The notes beneath the pieces are model-generated. The model worked only from the letters and a program-made list of their open reading frames with translations, was not told the origin of the DNA and did not search any database. From positions 5,208,001-5,272,000 of the forward strand of contig CP075495.1 in assembly GCA_021613535.1 (NCBI GenBank): a stretch of 64,000 nucleotides of DNA. The letters run 5' to 3'. The position numbers were made by a program, and so were the translations under genes. Source of the DNA: Adineta vaga (Eukaryota > Animalia > Rotifera). Positions 57,168 through 64,000 of this stretch are shown here, piece by piece (within the stretch, counting starts at the first letter, position 1; each line of letters begins with the position of its first letter).

Positions 57168-60100
57168 TCATTCAATATTACTCGAAATAATAAAAAAAGC
57201 ATTACGTAAAACACTCGATGGAAAACATGTTTCAAGTAGATCACGCGTTAAATATGGACACTGATTAACAAATTGTTCTAATAAGATATATGTCGCTTCT
57301 TTATGAATGATATCATTTGTTAAACCATTGGAATTATTTGATGTTGAATTTGTATTTGTATTCGAATATTTATTACCTTGTTGATTACTATCAACATCAA
57401 TTAAACGAAGTAAACTTGAAGATGCTAAAGCAAGAAATTCTTTACAACGATCTTCAATATGTCGTTGACCATGTTCGAAAAAGAATGTCGTTATTAATGT
57501 ATTAATTGCACGTATTAAACAATGACAATTATTTGCATGAGCATCTAATGCTACAATATATTTTGTTGATTCAAGTCGAGCCAAACGTGGTAAAGCAACA
57601 GCAATATAAACCATAATTAGACATGAAAGAATATATTCTTCAGATTCATGATTTGTCGATGTTTGATCGGAATTATTTGTATTATTATTTAATGAATTCT
57701 TTTGATTTATTAATGCTTGACATAATGTTGAATCAATCATTGTTGATGTACCTGTTGATGATATCATTTCATTAATAAGTAAATGATGTTGAGGATCATT
57801 GGAAAATGTTGTTGTCTTATATTGTGAATAGAAATGTTCTAATGTAACCATTAAAAATGGCATACGTTTATCTAAAACATCTTTTAAAGCTTCTTCAATA
57901 AGATTTTTTAATTGTAATAAAACGCCAATAAGTATAACACGTTGTAAAAGTAAATCAATATGTTCAAGTTGTTTTAAATAAAGTTTCATTTGTGCTGGTT
58001 TATCAAAATTTATACGAAGATTATTGAGAAGATCACGTTGACTATGTGTTAATTTACGAATTTCATTTATTTGTTGTACACAACGATAAAGAATCATTTC
58101 ACATAGATATTTACAACCGTCTAAAGAAAAATATACTAAATTTATGTCTATATGTAAGAAAAACATTCTTTTGACTATTGTATTCTAATGTTTGCTACTG
58201 AATATTCTCTCACGGATAATAATGTTATTTTTCAAGAAAAGAAAATCTTACATGGTTTAATTAATTCCACTAATGCTCTTAATTCATTAAATGAAGCATA
58301 TTCTTCTGGATCAAATGGTAATGTTAAATCTTGTTGATGAATACTAACAAATGATCGTCGTATAGGTGAATAAACAATAGTACCCATGGTTATACGTTTA
58401 ATAAGTACTTCGAGAAACCAATGTGTATAGAGTGATGTAATTGTTTCATTTCCCGCACTATCTAATGGTTGACTTTGTTGTAAAAGAACTTCATTAAATA
58501 TTCGTGTCGTATCAATTTGACAATGAGATTCAACTAATGTTAAAATATCCATATAGGATTCAACTGATGATAATAATTCGGATGGTTTAGCTATTTCCAT
58601 TGCTGGCGGACGATAATTAACCATTTCAGATAACGATTTATTAAAACGATTTTCTAAATGTGAAATTAAATATTCATTTGGTAAAAATTTATGTTCCCAT
58701 ATAGTGATTTGTTTTCGATAAGAAATCGAAAAACATAATTCATTTAAGACCATCATTAATTTATCTGTTTTTGTCATATCACGACGATTTGATCGACGAG
58801 ATTCATCACCTGGTAAAGAGATTTTTGCAGGTACGCCATTTGTACCATTGATTGAATCATGTTTTGATGTTGAACTATGTTTTTTCGACAATTGTTCAGT
58901 TGGAAGTTTTTTACGTAATCGAGAAATAACTGCATTTTTAGGTAACAGCTAAAAAACAGAAAAAAAGATTTGATAATTCATACTTTTAAATTCGATCCAT
59001 TTAGATTTTACCTGTTCATTCATGAGAAAATATTCATTAGCAATTTCAGACACAGTACTTTTAATTTGTTTACATATTTCATCAATAAAAGCATGAGCAC
59101 TTTTTAAACTTAAATCACCAATTTGTTGTCGTTCTTCTGGACATAATTCATGTGTTGCATTGATAAAATGTTGACAAATTAATGGAAATGCAATAGCATA
59201 ACGTATTTGTGATGGATAGTAGATACATGATGAAAATAAATGATCAAATTGTGTTAAATAGAAATAGAAAATTGATAGATCACTTGTTTCAAACAATAAA
59301 GTTTCTAAATCATCGACACATTTGGAATGAAAACAAATTGTATTCATTACTTGAGCAAAATGTTCATTATGCGAAAGTGATATTAATGATAATGATGATT
59401 TCTTTGTTACACTTGTATAAGCTTGCATACGAAACCAATCGAGACGTAAGGCACGTAAATCTGCACTTGCCGTTGTTGATAATGTTGTAATTGTATTAAA
59501 AAATGATGTTAATAAGACAGATTCATCTTCTGTACATGACATATTTAAAGTTTTCATATTCGCTTGTAATTCATGAGAATCTAACGTTGATAAACATTCG
59601 ATATAGTATTGTTTAATAATTGAAGAATAAGTGATAATTAAATGGCGAAGTTCCTCTGAATAGAAAAAGAATAGATAATGGAAAAGAGAATAGTTAAATT
59701 TATATTTACCCATATAGAATAAAAATTCAGGATATGTTCGATCGCTGTAATCATCTCGTGTTGTACCAGCTTGTTTTTTATTTGTTTCTTTTTGAAGTTT
59801 TGATGGAAAATTTTCACTATGTCTTAATAACCAAACAACTTCATCTCGTGCTAAACTTAATGCCGTAAATGCAGTCAATAATTTAGGACCTAAATAGAAG
59901 CGAAAAAAAAGATTCCTCAAACAAAGCTCCATAATTTTAATGATATCGGTTTAAAAACTATTCTTCTATTCATGTATGTTAAAAGAAATAAAAGTTGTTC
60001 AATTACCAAGTAATGCTGGTTGATCTGCAAAAATTAATGCCAATTCTTTTAATTGTGGTCGAATATATTTTCGTCTTTCACGTCTATATAAAGGTTGTTC

Positions 60101-61463
60101 AGTCATCGCTTTTTTAAATGTTTCATTTAATAATTCAGTTAGCTTCAATTGTCGATATGATTTGTAAATATCTAAATTTTGATGTAAATATTGATGTGTT
60201 AATAATAATTCATCACGATAAAGCACATGAACGAAACTATTGGATAATGCTTTTTCAAATAATTGCATACATTTTGAATTTGTTACTAATTGTTGTGGAC
60301 ATACAATCATGGTATAAATAATCCAACGTTCAATTGTTTCTTGTGATAAATATTCACATGGTAACGTTTCAGATGTATCCATTAGATGAGCCGTTTGAGG
60401 TGTAGCAAGTAAACTAAGTAATGTTTTAGCACGCCATTCAGAAACTTTACATGTACGACGATCATAGATTGGTCCTAATGATTGTATAGCATCGCTAATA
60501 GAACGTACATGTGGAACGAATTCATCATGTAATTTACGTAATGGTTGTTCATAATCAATTATCATTTGACCAAGTCGAGGAAAATTTGCATCGCCATGAC
60601 CGTGTGTTAAATCTGTAGCAATGTTATAAAGACCAAGAACTGTTTTACGATCATCAACACGTGATAAAAGTATCATTAATGATATATAAGTTGAAATTAA
60701 TTCTAAATATGATTTAGTTAAATCGTAATTTAATGCCTAGATTGATCGATAGTATGAAGATAATTTCCTCTAAACAAGTTTTTCTAAAATACATACAATA
60801 TCAAAATGAACTTGGCAAGCATCGATTGTAGTTAACAAATCAGTTACATGATCCTAAAGATTTGATTTATATTCGAAATTAATTTCATTAAAGATTAAAA
60901 CATACTCGAAATTCTAATAGATCAACGAATGTAAAATAATATATTGCCAGTGATTTGATTATATCAGTTTTGATAGATGTAAGTGTTTGAAATTGACTCT
61001 AAAGAATAAATAAAATGAAAATGAAATATATTAAATCAATAAATAATAGACCTACTTTATCAACAGCTGGAAATTTCTTTTGTATATGACGAAGAATTGA
61101 ATCGAGATTTTTATCAAGAAGAAATGATGGTTTAGATTTTGTTTCCGCACATGCCTATATGAAATAGATTGATTAATCAATATCAATTAGATATAACTAG
61201 ATTTAGAGATGTGATAGTAATCATCATACACAAATTCATTTAACTTCATTGAGGGAAGAAAGAAGAATTGAAACCTCGATTCAACATGTAATACTATACA
61301 CCGTCAGTTGTTTCTTTCAAGATATATTTAACTATCGAACAAAACAAAAACTATTTACCTTTTTAATATTAAATATTCTCGTTAACATTCCAATTCCTCG
61401 GTCATTGAGAATTGTTAATTTTTCTGCTAATTTTTGTTGATGTGGATTAATTTGATGAGCCAT
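57168..61463 (-). CDS. NCKAP1: Nck-associated protein 1 / Hem / Kette (WAVE complex); multi-exon
   Basis: [111 protein letters not shown]. Confidence 0.95.
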
Positions 61464-61615
61464 TCTCTTTTTAATCTAGAATAATCAAAGGAAAGAAAAC
61501 TGTTCGAACTATAAATCATTCTATAACACCAAAAAATAAATAAATGAATGAATGCATAAAAAATAGAATAGAAAAAGAAAAATTTAATTTGAAAGACAAT
61601 CAATTACTGTTTTAA

Positions 61616-63723
61616 TCACAAAGGTAATATCGGTACATCAAGTAATGATTTCATTAAATTTGTTCCATTAATAAAATGTGTTGTTGCAATGACAAAATCT
61701 TGATTTTTATCAGCAAGAAATCTTAATGCTGCAATTTCTCCATACGTAATTCCACCAACAAAAACAACTAAAGTCACTTTTGATTGTGTAGATTGTTGTT
61801 GTTGTTGTTGTTGCTGTTGTTGAGGTTGATTCAATGGTTTCGATGACTTATTTAATGAACTCATTGATGTTGTAGAATCATGTCTGTGTCGTTTTAATTC
61901 CATTGGAACTTGTTGTGTATCGATAAATGTTGTACCAGGTAGAATATTCATTGTTTCTTGAATAGTATTCGTTGTTTGAAAAACAATTTTTTCAATTAAA
62001 CGAATACTTATTGGAGCATATTGATAAAATATATAAGATATATCTTGTGGATCAGTAACATTAACTGCTGTATCGCCTTGTAATAAATTAAATTCACGTT
62101 TTAATCGTTCAATTTGTGTTTCATTTGTTCGTAATGTTGATGAATTTTTTGTTGGATCGATTAAATTTATAAATCCTATTTGTTCCATGGCATGAATTAA
62201 AACAAGATATTGTAAACCAAATGTTTGTACAATATCTTTTTTAATTGCATCATAATCTTTTCGTTTCAATTGTGAACCTAATGCATGTGTAACAATGGAT
62301 AAATAACGTAAAATACAAAAAACATTATCTTTCCAAGCAATACGTTCATCAAGTTGACGCATGGCATCTTGTAAAACCGGTACAAATAGCATTGATAATT
62401 GTTTAGCTAAATACATATCATACATAGATGTCAATTCTTGTTTAATAGCACAAGCTAATTCAAGATGCGTTGATAATGTTTGTGTTTTAGCATTTTGATT
62501 CGATATACGAGTAACAAATTCACGTAAATCAGCAAGTTTCTTTCCTTGAATTGTCGATGAAGCGCCAGAAAATTTGTCATCGAAATCTTTTCGTAATTGT
62601 TTTTGTGCACGAGCACCTTCTTGAAGGATACGACCAACAGTAATCATGTGTAAATAACGTGTGTCAGAATATAATTGATCACTAGTTAATAAACGAACAG
62701 CAACTTTATCTTGAGTAGTTGTATCAATTTTTTGTGCTTCACAAAAATGTGCACTGAATGATGATGTGGGTACTTCAATACGATTGAATTGAATATCTAG
62801 AAGATGAAGAGTAAGAATAATAAATATTTTGTTTTTAAAATCTATATCCTACTAAAAACTTCATCAAGTAATGCTTCATATGTTGCTGGTATCATCATTG
62901 GTGTAATTAAATCAACTGTACGATCAATTAAAATTAGATTTTCAATTTGTGTTGGAACTTTTTTTTCGTTATCAGGTACTTCACGTTGCATTCTCATTAT
63001 TGTATCATAGCATTGTTTAGCTTTATCACCTTTAACAAAAACATTTGGAATAATTCCATATAATTTTTGTAATGTAATAAGTCCATGTGCAAGATTGAAT
63101 AACGGTGTTGTATCATTATTTAAATAAATATCACGAAAACAATCATTGGATTCTAAAGATAAAACATCAGTATCAATTGGAATGAAATCTAAATTTAATT
63201 CATCAATAATAATATCACCACGAACACCTTGTTCTTTTAATTTTTCCTCACAAACACGTGAACGACGTGGAACAAAAATAATACCATATTGCTTTGTAAT
63301 ACCACTTTTAGATTTTTGTGGATTTAATTTATTAAGTTCATCTTTAATCATATTAGCAATAACTTCCATATAAACAACTTTTGGTCGAACAAGAAATAAT
63401 GTAACTTTATAATCTGATGTATCATGTTGACGTTCTTTAAATATTCGAATATCACTTGCACCAAGATCAGCTATTGCTTGAACATGTCCAAGTAAGTTTT
63501 TAATTGAATCATCAATGATAACGCATTTGTCTTTAGTAAATTGTTTTGGTAAATTACTTTTTTCTGTATGAAATTGATTTGTACAACGTTTAATTTCTTG
63601 AATGATATATTCACGAAGAATTGTTAAATTAATACGGCCAGTTTTTAAATATGTAAAATCCTGTTTTGGAACTGTGCCAGTTGTTCCTGCTGGTGCTGCT
63701 GTTGTTGTCGTTCTTCCTGACAT
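61616..63723 (-). CDS. VPS33A: Vacuolar protein sorting-associated protein 33A (Sec1/Munc18 family); 2 exons
   Basis: GRINLTILRE, IIFVPRRSRVCEEKLKEQGV, DFIPIDTDVLSLE, LITLQKLYGIIP, LILIDRTVDLITP..TYEALLDEVF, PQDISYIF..YAPISIRLIE, LVVFVGGITYGEIAALRFL. Confidence 0.9.
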
Positions 63724-64000
63724 ATTCACAAATTTGATTGCAAAGAAAACAAACAACTAGACTAAGTTCAATAAAGGAAAGAAAGAAAGAAGAAGAAAGA
63801 ACAGCGCTATGAATTGAACAATTATAACACCGATTGTAGCGCAATGTAATTCTAAACCAATAGAAATGAAGATCCTGAATTGTCTATCTTTATCGATGAA
63901 TCATTAATGCGATAACTACCAAAGATTGTAAAGAACAGGAGTTGAACTCGCTCAACTCGATTACGTTTTCAACGTAAATCAAACATTCTTCTATTTTGTT

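Noticed and set aside
61793-61822. (CAA)n poly-Q tract in VPS33A and similar short poly-S/poly-H tracts elsewhere
   Set aside because: Ordinary coding microsatellites in loop regions.

Overview
This is AT-rich, gene-dense eukaryotic (metazoan) DNA with very short (~45-70 nt) GT-AG introns. Those traits, two lineage-type F-box/LRR genes and two non-metazoan-looking lipid enzymes suggest a bdelloid rotifer (inference only). About 20 spliced genes are recognisable: MOSPD2, C19orf44/DUF4614, ZNF423/521, an App1-type phosphatidate phosphatase, ELOVL, two F-box/LRR genes, POLR3C, VMA21, HMGXB4, a furin-like convertase, beta-TrCP, PNPLA2, an SMS-like PAP2 enzyme, USP39, PSMC1, CARHSP1, TAF8, a GSE1-like gene, alpha-tubulin, NCKAP1 and VPS33A. 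The main find is absent from the ORF track: two inverted paralogous units (4262-4800 minus; 13362-13881 plus). Each has a spliced 30-aa ORF (24/30 identical between copies, mostly synonymous changes in exon 2) followed 64-105 nt later by a spliced 69/76-aa orphan microprotein with a conserved C-terminal KG[VI]WxGYxTxEEFMxMHxR motif. This looks like a conserved-peptide-uORF or bicistronic micro-gene family. Other notable points are mutually exclusive 77-nt exons in the convertase catalytic domain, operon-like runs of genes with an AG acceptor just before the ATG, a frameshifted K40-less alpha-tubulin, a hidden 151-aa Pro/Tyr-rich gene, and EBF sites upstream of the EBF-partner ZNF423/521 gene.
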